DNA from: Bacteroidaceae bacterium
GTDB taxonomy: Bacteria > Bacteroidota > Bacteroidia > Bacteroidales > Bacteroidaceae
Assembly (NCBI GenBank): GCA_017445925.1
Contig: JAFSRW010000049.1
Span: 6,384-70,383, forward strand
Length of the DNA: 64,000 bases
Direction: 5' to 3'
How positions within the stretch are numbered: the first letter of the stretch is position 1; every line of letters starts with the position of its first letter. Below are positions 51,370 through 59,119 of the stretch, one piece after another. A model generated the notes under the pieces. The model saw only the letters and a program-made list of their open reading frames with translations, was not told where the DNA came from and did no database searches. A program made the translations under genes and the position numbers.

Positions 51370-51417
51370 GGTGTATAAAAACTACACTTGGTGTAAAAAA
51401 ACCGCGGTTTTTTCACA
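51370..51417 (-). promoter_or_regulatory. second copy of the GGTGTRAAAAAA box element with CCGCGG-centred palindrome, in the peptidase/AraC divergent region
   Basis: GGTGTATAAAAACTACACTTGGTGTAAAAAAACCGCGGTTTTTTCACA aligns with 48333-48403 minus a 22-nt unit. No upstream gene ends here, so it is not explained as a terminator. Confidence 0.4.
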
Positions 51418-51467
51418 TTTCCCCCTTAGGAAACGACATATTTACATTATTTTTGACGTTCTGTCAT

Positions 51468-51504
51468 TAACTTTCAACTTTCAATTTTCAATTTTCAATT
51501 AATT
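51468..51504. repeat. family A heptamer array (TTCAACT/TTCAATT) upstream of the AraC gene
   Basis: TAACTTTCAACTTTCAATTTTCAATTTTCAATTAATT read directly. Confidence 0.9.
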
Positions 51505-51520
51505 ATCGTACCTTAGCGGC

Positions 51521-52657
51521 ATGATTACCATTGGAGAGATGCAAATAAGCGGCATGCTGACAATGCTGATGCTATCGGTAATGCTAATGCTTTGTGTACC
51601 CCATCGCTCGAAGCGCAGAAGCAGTTTTGCCCGCGCCAGATGGTTAATGGCGGTAGGCACTGGACTGATAAGCCTTCAGTTTCTGCTACAGTACATCTTC
51701 GGATTCCGCCAGATGGGCGTTACGCAGGCCGTGTTCTGCAACCTGCTGCTGTTTACGCCCGCCTCGCTGCTCTGCGGCATGTCAATCCTGTACGTACAGC
51801 GCCAGGGAATCATCCGCAGGAAGGAATGGATGGTGGCGTGTGGCATCTGCGCGGCATCGATGCTGATACTCTTAGGCACCATCTCGCTGGATGGCATCCC
51901 GTTCCGGCAAGGCTCGCCGGCGATGCGGATAGCCGAATACGTGGTGGCGCTGCTCTACGTGGTGATGCAGACCTACATCTTTATCATGCAATACAAGGCG
52001 TACATTCAAGTGAAGATGGCTGTGCGCGAGTACTTCGACCGCGAACGCCACGACCTCTTCGGCTGGATGGGCCTGAGCATGCGAGTCATGGCGATGTTAG
52101 CTTTCTTTGTGCCGCTGGTAATCTTTACGGAAGGCAAGGCTCTTGTGCTATTCTCCATCGCCTACTTCTTCTGCATTGCCTACAGCACCATCAGCCTGTA
52201 CACCTACGGCGTGAGCGAGAACATCATCCGCGTGGAGGAGGCGGAAGAAGACCCCCTCCCTGCTCCCCCTTTGGGTGAGTGCTCCCAAGCAGAGAACGAC
52301 AATAAAGTCTCACCCAAAGGGGGAGATTCAGAGGGGGCCTTTATCTCTGCTTCACTTGAAAGCTGGATTTCCGACGGCTACTACCGTCAGCATAACCTGA
52401 CGCTGAGCGTGGTAGCAAAACAGATGAAACTGACGCGTAGGCAACTGCAGGAGTGGCTCCGGCAGTCGGAATACAAGAATCTGGCGGGATTGGTGACTCA
52501 GCTGCGCATAGAGGAGGCCAAGCGTGTGCTGAAGGAGAAACCGGAATGGTCGGTGGAAACAATTGCGGACTACTGCGGATTCAGCAGCCGCGAGTACTTC
52601 CATCGTTCCTTCCGCGAATACACAGGCATGACGCCCGCTAAGTTCCAGAATAGCTAA
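51521..52657 (+). CDS. membrane-anchored AraC-family transcriptional regulator
   Basis: N-terminal ~230 aa has about 6 hydrophobic segments. C-terminal AraC HTH LSVVAKQMKLTRRQLQEWL..IEEAKRVLKE..ETIADYCGFSSREYFHRSFREYTGMTPAKFQ. A 90-nt GC-rich insert lies in the linker. Confidence 0.8.
   Translation: MITIGEMQISGMLTMLMLSVMLMLCVPHRSKRRSSFARARWLMAVGTGLISLQFLLQYIFGFRQMGVTQAVFCNLLLFTPASLLCGMSILYVQRQGIIRRKEWMVACGICAASMLILLGTISLDGIPFRQGSPAMRIAEYVVALLYVVMQTYIFIMQYKAYIQVKMAVREYFDRERHDLFGWMGLSMRVMAMLAFFVPLVIFTEGKALVLFSIAYFFCIAYSTISLYTYGVSENIIRVEEAEEDPLPAPPLGECSQAENDNKVSPKGGDSEGAFISASLESWISDGYYRQHNLTLSVVAKQMKLTRRQLQEWLRQSEYKNLAGLVTQLRIEEAKRVLKEKPEWSVETIADYCGFSSREYFHRSFREYTGMTPAKFQNS
52250..52339 (+). 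mobile_element. MITE-like 90-nt element inserted in frame in the AraC linker
   Basis: 30/31-nt terminal inverted repeats: GACCCCCTCCCTGCTCCCCCTTTGGGTGAG (52250-52279) and CTCACCCAAAGGGGGAGATTCAGAGGGGGCC (52309-52339). The inner 17 nt are identical. Total length 90 nt = 30 codons. A 28/30-identical solo arm lies at 19361-19390 in GH78. Confidence 0.6.
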
Positions 52658-54123
52658 AAAACCACCTTCTTGCCATTGGTTAAGTAAATGCCCTTCTTAG
52701 TTAATGCATTTACCTTACGGCCGCTGAGGTCATAGGACTTATGAGTCTTATGGGTCTCATGGGGCTTATGAGCCTTATCAATCCCATCCTCCAGATCCTG
52801 CGTTCTGGGAATGCCAAAATAAGCATCCATCTCGAGGAAGCGATCGACGTACCACTGCTCTATGAAGGAAATTTCACGGGCAAGGTCCTGAACATACTTG
52901 GGGCGTGACCTCTCCTTGTCGTAGTGGTCGGTCATACGCTGCCAGGCACCGCTTTTAATAAAGAGGTCACGGTATTTCTCAAGTTTGCTGAAAACGGCAG
53001 GAATGGAGAAGGCGCCTTGGCGGCCCTCGATCCATCGCTGCTTGAGGATCTTATTGTATTCAGCATCATTAACGATGGGCGAAATAGGGAAGGGCGCATT
53101 ATTGGAAAGAACATTCACAGGCCATTCGGTATAATTGCCGTCATAATACGCGCCATCAAAACTGCCGCCGAAGCTGGTGTCCAAATCCCAGGGGGTTATG
53201 ACGAACCTGCGGCGGTCCGCCTCGGTGGGGTCGGCGTCGTTGATGTTTTTGGTGATGTTTCGTACACTAAGGAACCTGTTCTTGTTGCCCCAGTTGTCAG
53301 CAATGCAGAGTGCCATGATAAGGAGGTGGTAATCGGCCAGATTCTCTAAGAAGAAGTACTTCTTGACGTATTCTTTGCTATGGCCGTTCAGGATGGCATC
53401 CTGCAAGGGTTTCCACGCCTGCTGACCTCCATATTCATCGGGATATTTGAGTTCCCAGGCATCGTGCCAGGCAATGACGCAAGCTGAGGAGTCCTCGCTA
53501 TAACCCGGATTGTTCTGATTGAGAATGTCCTGCGTGCCACTCTTGTACAGCGCTCCGCGGATAACCACACTGCCATCCTCATTCTCTTGCACCTTCTTTA
53601 AATTAAGCAACTTGCGGTTAATGCGGTCCATGAGGTGGTAGATGCCGAAGTACTTGTCGTTGATATAAAATTCCACGAAGCGACCTTCAGAGCCGTTTCG
53701 ACCGCCGAACTGTGTATCATAGGGAAGGTGAGAGAACTCGTTCCAAACATCGAAAGCTACGCGGTTACGCATACAGATGCGGTCGATGGCCATGGCATCC
53801 AGAATCCACGACGAGCAGGAACGCATACCCAATAGTGCAGAGTCTGCCTCCTCGGTGTAATCCGGAGTACGTAACTTCATGTTCAGAGAGGGTTTATACA
53901 AATACTGTCTGGCTGTGGCACCGCGCGTCCTGAACTTGGCAGGAAGCTTCACCAAACTACCATCAGTTTCGGTTAGCGTCATGGTGCCGTTAACATACGG
54001 CATATCTGCCGTTATATCCCCTTCGAAATAAACTTTCATGATGGGAAGCTTGTCTGTTTCGGCTCCGAAAGAAACAAGATTCAGAAGCCCAGAGAGAAGC
54101 AGGAAACAGATAAGTTTTCTCAT
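52654..54123 (-). CDS. CotH-family (kinase-like) secreted protein with T9SS-type C-terminal signal
   Basis: CotH-like segments SWILDAMAIDRICMRNRVAFDVWNEF, GRFVEFYINDKYFGIYHLMDRI and ITPWDLDTSFGGS. C-terminus YDLSGRKVNALTKKGIYLTNGKKVVF. Signal peptide present. Confidence 0.6.
   Translation of the reverse strand: MRKLICFLLLSGLLNLVSFGAETDKLPIMKVYFEGDITADMPYVNGTMTLTETDGSLVKLPAKFRTRGATARQYLYKPSLNMKLRTPDYTEEADSALLGMRSCSSWILDAMAIDRICMRNRVAFDVWNEFSHLPYDTQFGGRNGSEGRFVEFYINDKYFGIYHLMDRINRKLLNLKKVQENEDGSVVIRGALYKSGTQDILNQNNPGYSEDSSACVIAWHDAWELKYPDEYGGQQAWKPLQDAILNGHSKEYVKKYFFLENLADYHLLIMALCIADNWGNKNRFLSVRNITKNINDADPTEADRRRFVITPWDLDTSFGGSFDGAYYDGNYTEWPVNVLSNNAPFPISPIVNDAEYNKILKQRWIEGRQGAFSIPAVFSKLEKYRDLFIKSGAWQRMTDHYDKERSRPKYVQDLAREISFIEQWYVDRFLEMDAYFGIPRTQDLEDGIDKAHKPHETHKTHKSYDLSGRKVNALTKKGIYLTNGKKVVF
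52737..52779. repeat. period-9 in-frame repeat (CTTATGAGT-type) encoding HKPHETHKTHK
   Basis: GACTTATGAGTCTTATGGGTCTCATGGGGCTTATGAGCCTTAT read directly, just upstream of the CotH C-terminal signal. Confidence 0.85.
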
Positions 54124-54127
54124 AACC

Positions 54128-54970
54128 TTATAATAAGATAAAGTAAACGGTTACTGCAGGAATAGCGAGCAGGCTGCTGTCGAAACGATCCAGCAAACCT
54201 CCGTGACCGGGAAGAATGTGACTACTGTCCTTGATGCCTAGCTGACGTTTGAGATGACTCTCAACCAAATCGCCAAACGTACCGCTCACCACCACTACAG
54301 CAGCAAAGCCCAACCACTGCAAGAGGCTAAGCGTTCCGGGCTGTACATACCAGACGGCAATCGCAGCCAAAAGGGTAAAGATGCAACCGCCTATGCTGCC
54401 AATCCACGTCTTCTTGGGCGATACGCTGGGGAAAAGCTTGCAAGGGAAGATTCCGTGCAAGGTAAGACCTGAGAGATAGGCAAACGTATCGTTTACCCAA
54501 AGGAAAATGAAAAGGGCAAGCGGATAAATCCATGTATAGACCATACGGCCAGCAGCCTCGTCGGTATTGATGCTGAGCAAAGGCAGCAACGAAAAAGGCA
54601 AAGCTACATAAAGCTGTGAGGCCAGGGAAAGGCTCCAGTTGCGAATGGAATCCTGACTACCCCTGTACAATTCGCTTATCATTATATATAATATGAGCAG
54701 AGCCCATACAGCCATCACACGGGGAGCGGTGTCGCTGCCAATACAGAATAGCCAGACGGCAGCCACCAAAATGAAGCCTGCCAATGCATTAATGGCGCGG
54801 GGCAAACTGGCTCCGGCATGGTGATTCATTACGGTCCCGAACTCGAAGAGAGTGGCGGCAGCGACAAGCCCGAAGAAGAAAAAGGCAGTTACAGGGCTGC
54901 ATACCGTGCAGCCAACCAGTAACACAACATATATCAGACCGGTGAGTGTGCGAGTGATGAGATTTTTCAT
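54128..54970 (-). CDS. cdsA: phosphatidate cytidylyltransferase
   Basis: Signature SHLKRQLGIKDSSHILPGHGGLLDRFDS. Polytopic membrane protein of 280 aa. Confidence 0.9.
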   Translation of the reverse strand: MKNLITRTLTGLIYVVLLVGCTVCSPVTAFFFFGLVAAATLFEFGTVMNHHAGASLPRAINALAGFILVAAVWLFCIGSDTAPRVMAVWALLILYIMISELYRGSQDSIRNWSLSLASQLYVALPFSLLPLLSINTDEAAGRMVYTWIYPLALFIFLWVNDTFAYLSGLTLHGIFPCKLFPSVSPKKTWIGSIGGCIFTLLAAIAVWYVQPGTLSLLQWLGFAAVVVVSGTFGDLVESHLKRQLGIKDSSHILPGHGGLLDRFDSSLLAIPAVTVYFILL

Positions 54971-55023
54971 TGAAGAAACTATTATTTCGTTATTTCGATT
55001 GGGCCGCTTTCGTTATAACGTTA

Positions 55024-57033
55024 TTACGATATTACGTTATCTTGGGCGGCCCCGTCTGAGGGCTCTGAGTTCCCCTCGCCCTCGGGAGAGGGGTTGGGGG
55101 TGAGGCCGTTTCCCTCAGCCAGCAACTCCTCTGTCCTGCTGCTCCAGGGGCGAGGACCAAAGATGCGCTCAACATCCTCGGCAAAAATTACCTCACGCTC
55201 CACCAAGAGCTGAGCCAACTGGGCATGCCCCTCGGTATGCTGACTGAGAATATCTTTAGCACGCTGGTACTGCTCGGCTATCATCTTCTGCGTTTCCTGG
55301 TCGATGAGCTGAGCCGTAGCCTCGCTGTAGGGACGCTGGAAGTTATATTCCTGATTATTGTAATAGCAGATGTTAGGCAACTCGTCAGCCATTCCCATGT
55401 AAGCTATCATGCTATAAGCCTGCTTGGTGACACGCTCCAGATCGTTCATGGCGCCACTACTGATATGCCCCGTAAAGAGTTCCTCTGCAGCACGACCACC
55501 CAGGGTGGCACACATCTCGTCGAGCATCTGCTCACGAGTGGTTATCTGACGCTCCTCGGGCAAGTACCAGGCAGCACCCAAGGCACGACCACGCGGAACA
55601 ATCGTAACCTTAACCAGCGGATTGGCATACTGAAGCAACCAACTGATAGTGGCATGACCGGCCTCGTGAAGGGCAATGGTACGCTTCTCCTCAGCTGTCA
55701 TAACCTTGGTCTTCTTCTCCAAACCTCCAATGATACGGTCTACGGCAGCTAAGAAATCATCCTTACCAACCACCGTCTTGCTATTACGGGCTGCAATCAG
55801 AGCTGCCTCGTTGCAGACGTTGGCAATATCGGCACCACTGAAACCGGGAGTCTGACGTGCCAGGAAATCGATATCCAAACTATTGTCGGTCTTCACAGGA
55901 CGCAGGTGCACCTGGAAAATTTCCTTACGTTCGTTTACATCGGGTAGGTCGACGTGAATCTGACGGTCAAAACGTCCTGCACGAAGCAAGGCTTTGTCCA
56001 GAATATCAGCACGATTGGTAGCGGCCAAGATGATTACACCGCTGTTGGTTCCAAAGCCGTCCATCTCTGTAAGTAACTGGTTCAGGGTACTCTCACGCTC
56101 ATCGTTGGCACCCATCTGAAGGCCTCTGCTACGGGCACGACCCACGGCATCTATCTCGTCGATGAAGATGATACAAGGCGCTTTCTCCTTAGCCTGACGG
56201 AAGAGATCACGTACACGACTGGCACCAACGCCCACAAACATCTCTACAAAGTCGCTACCCGACATAGAGAAGAAAGGTACGTCGGCCTCGCCAGCCACAG
56301 CCTTTGCCAAAAGGGTCTTACCTGTTCCCGGAGGACCAACCAGCAAAGCGCCCTTGGGTATCTTTCCACCCAAATCGGTATATTTATCAGGATTCTTCAA
56401 GAACTCTACAATCTCCTGCACCTCCTGCTTGGCACCAGCTTGGCCGGCCACATCCTTGAAGGTAACCTTGCTTGCCTCCTCTTTATCCACCAACTGAGCA
56501 CGACTTCGGCCAACATTGAAGATTCCCATAGGACCTCCGCCGCTACTGCTTCCACCACCGCCCATACGGCGCATGATGAAAATCCAGAAGAGGGCAATAA
56601 GGATAAGGGGACCAAAGCTCCACAGAAAGTTGGAAATGGCATCGCTACTGTTCTCATATTTAACATCACCGCTGAAATGTCCCGCCTCCTGCTCCTGCTC
56701 CATAAAATCTTCCAACTTATCAGCAGAAGGGTATTGCGACTGCACAATGCTCGTAGCTCCGGGCTTTATCTTGGTCGTGGGGAATACATCACGCAGATGC
56801 GACGGCTCCACATACATTATCAGGGTTCCTTCCTTCTTGTTTACTACGACTTTACTGGCATACCCTTTTTTTACGTACTCCTTGAACTGGCTGTAGGTCA
56901 CCTCCTTGGAGCCGCCATCCAACAATGAGCCGTTGCCGCCATTGAGAATGAGAAATCCGAGTACAATGGCAATTATCAAGTACAACCAAGTAAGGCTGAA
57001 CTGCGGATATTTGGGTTTCTTCTGCTTACTCAT
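55024..57033 (-). CDS. ftsH: ATP-dependent zinc metalloprotease FtsH
   Basis: Walker [19 protein letters not shown], second region of homology [20 protein letters not shown], zinc site HEAGHA. The C-terminal tail contains a family B-like GC-rich segment ([13 protein letters not shown], 55071-55107). Confidence 0.95.
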   Translation of the reverse strand: MSKQKKPKYPQFSLTWLYLIIAIVLGFLILNGGNGSLLDGGSKEVTYSQFKEYVKKGYASKVVVNKKEGTLIMYVEPSHLRDVFPTTKIKPGATSIVQSQYPSADKLEDFMEQEQEAGHFSGDVKYENSSDAISNFLWSFGPLILIALFWIFIMRRMGGGGSSSGGGPMGIFNVGRSRAQLVDKEEASKVTFKDVAGQAGAKQEVQEIVEFLKNPDKYTDLGGKIPKGALLVGPPGTGKTLLAKAVAGEADVPFFSMSGSDFVEMFVGVGASRVRDLFRQAKEKAPCIIFIDEIDAVGRARSRGLQMGANDERESTLNQLLTEMDGFGTNSGVIILAATNRADILDKALLRAGRFDRQIHVDLPDVNERKEIFQVHLRPVKTDNSLDIDFLARQTPGFSGADIANVCNEAALIAARNSKTVVGKDDFLAAVDRIIGGLEKKTKVMTAEEKRTIALHEAGHATISWLLQYANPLVKVTIVPRGRALGAAWYLPEERQITTREQMLDEMCATLGGRAAEELFTGHISSGAMNDLERVTKQAYSMIAYMGMADELPNICYYNNQEYNFQRPYSEATAQLIDQETQKMIAEQYQRAKDILSQHTEGHAQLAQLLVEREVIFAEDVERIFGPRPWSSRTEELLAEGNGLTPNPSPEGEGNSEPSDGAAQDNVIS

Positions 57034-57053
57034 AGAATCTAATTATCATTATA

Positions 57054-57416
57054 TTAGTCCAAATCGGGCACCTCGGTCAACTGAGCGTCGGCCCATAAGT
57101 GCTCTATATCATAGAAGGCACGCTCTTCTGGCAACAGGATGTGGACAATGACCTCGGCAAAATCCATAGCCACCCACTGGGAGTAACGCAAGCCGTCTAC
57201 TGCTTGCGGCTTCTGGTGTGCCAACTCAAGAGCCTTGTCGCTTACGCTGCGAGTCAAAGCCTGTATCTGTGAGGGTGAACCGCCAGTGGCAATCACGAAA
57301 TAACCACAAATGGTATCCGGAATCTCAGTCAGGTCCACCACAACAATGTTTCTACCTTTCTTATCTTGCATTCCCTGCACTATTGCTTCTACCAGGGGAT
57401 TCTTTTCTTTTTTCAA
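57054..57416 (-). CDS. rsfS: ribosome silencing factor RsfS (IojAP family)
   Basis: DKKGRNIVVVDL..ICGYFVIATGGSPSQIQAL..WVAMDFAEVIVHILLPEERAFYDIEHLW. The longest ORF start (TTG 57443) lies inside the -7 box, so the in-frame TTG at 57416 (MKKEKNPLVEAIV) is proposed. The start is uncertain. Confidence 0.75.
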   Translation of the reverse strand: MKKEKNPLVEAIVQGMQDKKGRNIVVVDLTEIPDTICGYFVIATGGSPSQIQALTRSVSDKALELAHQKPQAVDGLRYSQWVAMDFAEVIVHILLPEERAFYDIEHLWADAQLTEVPDLD

Positions 57417-57440
57417 CTTCTTTATTATTATAATTGGCCA

Positions 57441-57448
57441 CAAAGGTA
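57441..57448 (-). promoter_or_regulatory. -7 promoter box (TACCTTTG on minus strand) for rsfS-ftsH-cdsA
   Basis: Plus strand reads CAAAGGTA. Confidence 0.45.
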
Positions 57449-57521
57449 CAGAGAGTTGGGCGATAATGCAAATTTTTTTTATTTTTTTGGCATAAAGTTT
57501 TGTCAGTTCGGAAAAAGTCCC

Positions 57522-57529
57522 TACCTTTG
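57522..57529 (+). promoter_or_regulatory. -7 promoter box TAccTTTG for tRNA-Gln
   Basis: 31 nt upstream of the tRNA 5' end. A TTTG sits about 20 nt further upstream. Confidence 0.5.
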
Positions 57530-57559
57530 CACCGCAAAACGAGTTAATCTCGTTGTTAT

Positions 57560-57633
57560 TGGGCTATGGTGTAATGGTAACACTGCAGATTCTGGTCCTG
57601 CCTTTCCTGGTTCGAGTCCGGGTAGCCCAACCA
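57560..57633 (+). tRNA. tRNA-Gln (anticodon CTG)
   Basis: Acceptor TGGGCTA/TAGCCCA, D arm GTG-TAATGGTAA-CAC, anticodon loop TTCTGGT, T arm CTGG-TTCGAGT-CCGG. CCA is encoded. Confidence 0.85.
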
Positions 57634-57754
57634 AAGAAGAGTTTCACACCTTGTGAGGCTCTTTTTTTATTCCACGAAGTTGTCTTTAGTAATAATTCAT
57701 GCTTCCAAACGGAAAATCTTTTTTCAATCTGTTTACTTAATCAAATTTTTGCAT

Positions 57755-57762
57755 TACCTTTG
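57755..57762 (+). promoter_or_regulatory. -7 promoter box TAccTTTG for pyrE
   Basis: 40 nt upstream of the ATG at 57802. Confidence 0.45.
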
Positions 57763-57801
57763 CACCTCGAAAGAATACATTATATAAATTAGAATACGAA
57801 T

Positions 57802-58434
57802 ATGAATACATTGGAGTCAATTTTTGCAGAGAAACTGCTGAATGTTAAAGCTATAAAGTTGCAGCCCAGCAATCCTTTTACTTGGGCAAGTGGTTGGAAG
57901 AGTCCATTCTATTGCGACAACCGTAAGACACTTTCTTACACCGACCTCCGCTCTTTCGTTAAGATTGAGCTTACACGCACTATTTTGGAGAACTTTCAGG
58001 ATGTTGATGCTATCGCTGGTGTTGCTACAGGTGCTATTGCACAGGGCGCTTTGGTAGCCGATGCATTGAACCTGCCCTTTGTCTATGTTCGTAGCAAACC
58101 AAAGGATCACGGACTGGAAAACCTGATTGAAGGCGAGCTAAAGCCTGGCATGAAGGTAGTGGTTGTTGAGGACCTTATCAGCACAGGCGGTAGCAGTTTG
58201 AAAGCTGTAGAGGCAATCCGCAATAACGGTTGCGAGGTGGTTGGTATGGTGGCCAGCTACACTTACGGTTTCCCCGTTGCAGCAAAGGCTTTTGCGGATG
58301 CCAAGGTGAAACTTATCACGTTAACCAATTACGAAGCTGTTGTGGCTCAGGCTGTTAAGACTGGCTACATTACTGAAGATGAAGTAGAAGTACTACACGA
58401 GTGGCGCAAGGATCCCGCTCATTGGAACGGATAA
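57802..58434 (+). CDS. pyrE: orotate phosphoribosyltransferase
   Basis: PRPP-binding loop KVVVVEDLISTGGSSL. N-terminal FTWASGWKSPFYCDNR. Confidence 0.9.
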   Translation: MNTLESIFAEKLLNVKAIKLQPSNPFTWASGWKSPFYCDNRKTLSYTDLRSFVKIELTRTILENFQDVDAIAGVATGAIAQGALVADALNLPFVYVRSKPKDHGLENLIEGELKPGMKVVVVEDLISTGGSSLKAVEAIRNNGCEVVGMVASYTYGFPVAAKAFADAKVKLITLTNYEAVVAQAVKTGYITEDEVEVLHEWRKDPAHWNG

Positions 58435-58436
58435 AG

Positions 58437-58475
58437 ACCCTCTCCCCATACCCTCCCCCTCTATGGGGAGGGGGA
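58437..58475 (-). repeat. family B GC-rich hairpin element after pyrE (possible terminator)
   Basis: GACCCTCTCCCCATACCCTCCCCCTCTATGGGGAGGGGG. The reverse complement reads CCCCTCCCC-ATAGAG-GGGGAGGG-TAT-GGGGAGAGGG-TC. Confidence 0.85.
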
Positions 58476-58508
58476 AATTATAATTTTATAAATTTTGAAT
58501 TTATATAG

Positions 58509-58988
58509 ATGGCAGAATATAAAAGTGACGTTAAGAAGATTTACTACCCCGTAGAACGGGTGTATGAACGTCTTTCCGACCTGAACAACTTGACAGTTAT
58601 TCAGCAGAATCTCGACAATCCCATGATTCGCGAAAAGATGCTGGAGCAGGCAGGCGATAAGGCATCGCCTGAACAGTTGGACAGCGTTCTGGAGAAACTG
58701 CGTGAACTGAAGTTCGACAGCGATAGTGTTTCTGGCTCCTCACCCATGGGCAACATTACGCTGCGCATCATTGAGCGCGAGGAGAACAAAACCATCAAGT
58801 TCGCTTTGGAGGGTGCTCCCATTCTGGCCAACATGTGGATACAGTTGCTACCTGCAACAGATCAGGAGTGCGCTATGAAACTGACAGTAAAGGCCGACCT
58901 GAATTTCTTCATCAAGCAGGTGATTGGCAACAAACTGCAGCAGGGGGTAGATGGGTTGGCACAGATGTTGGCTAGTATTCCTTATTGA
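58509..58988 (+). CDS. SRPBCC-like small protein of unknown function
   Basis: 159 aa with mixed alpha/beta composition. Lies in the pyrE-argH position. The family call is tentative. Confidence 0.4.
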   Translation: MAEYKSDVKKIYYPVERVYERLSDLNNLTVIQQNLDNPMIREKMLEQAGDKASPEQLDSVLEKLRELKFDSDSVSGSSPMGNITLRIIEREENKTIKFALEGAPILANMWIQLLPATDQECAMKLTVKADLNFFIKQVIGNKLQQGVDGLAQMLASIPY

Positions 58989-59018
58989 TAGTTGACAGTT
59001 GATAGTTGAGAGTCAGTT
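58984..59018. repeat. family A heptamer array (ATTGATA/GTTGACA..)
   Basis: ATTGATAGTTGACAGTTGATAGTTGAGAGTCAGTT. The gene's stop TGA (58986-58988) lies inside the first unit. Confidence 0.9.
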
Positions 59019-59119
59019 TAAAAAGTGGATAGTAGAAGGCTGCGATTGAGCGAGAGGAGAAGAAACCATAAACACTAACTTTTAATTCTTAACCCTTAAT
59101 TCTTTCTTAATCAAAATAA

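Noticed and set aside
51592-52278. 228-aa alternative-frame plus-strand ORF inside the AraC gene
   Set aside because: It is an Arg/Pro/His-rich out-of-frame product. The AraC frame gives coherent TM segments plus an HTH.
57366-57792. Track ORFs 57366-57656 and 57553-57792 overlapping tRNA-Gln, and 61051-61266 overlapping tRNA-Leu
   Set aside because: These regions fold as canonical tRNAs with promoter boxes. The ORFs have no coding features.
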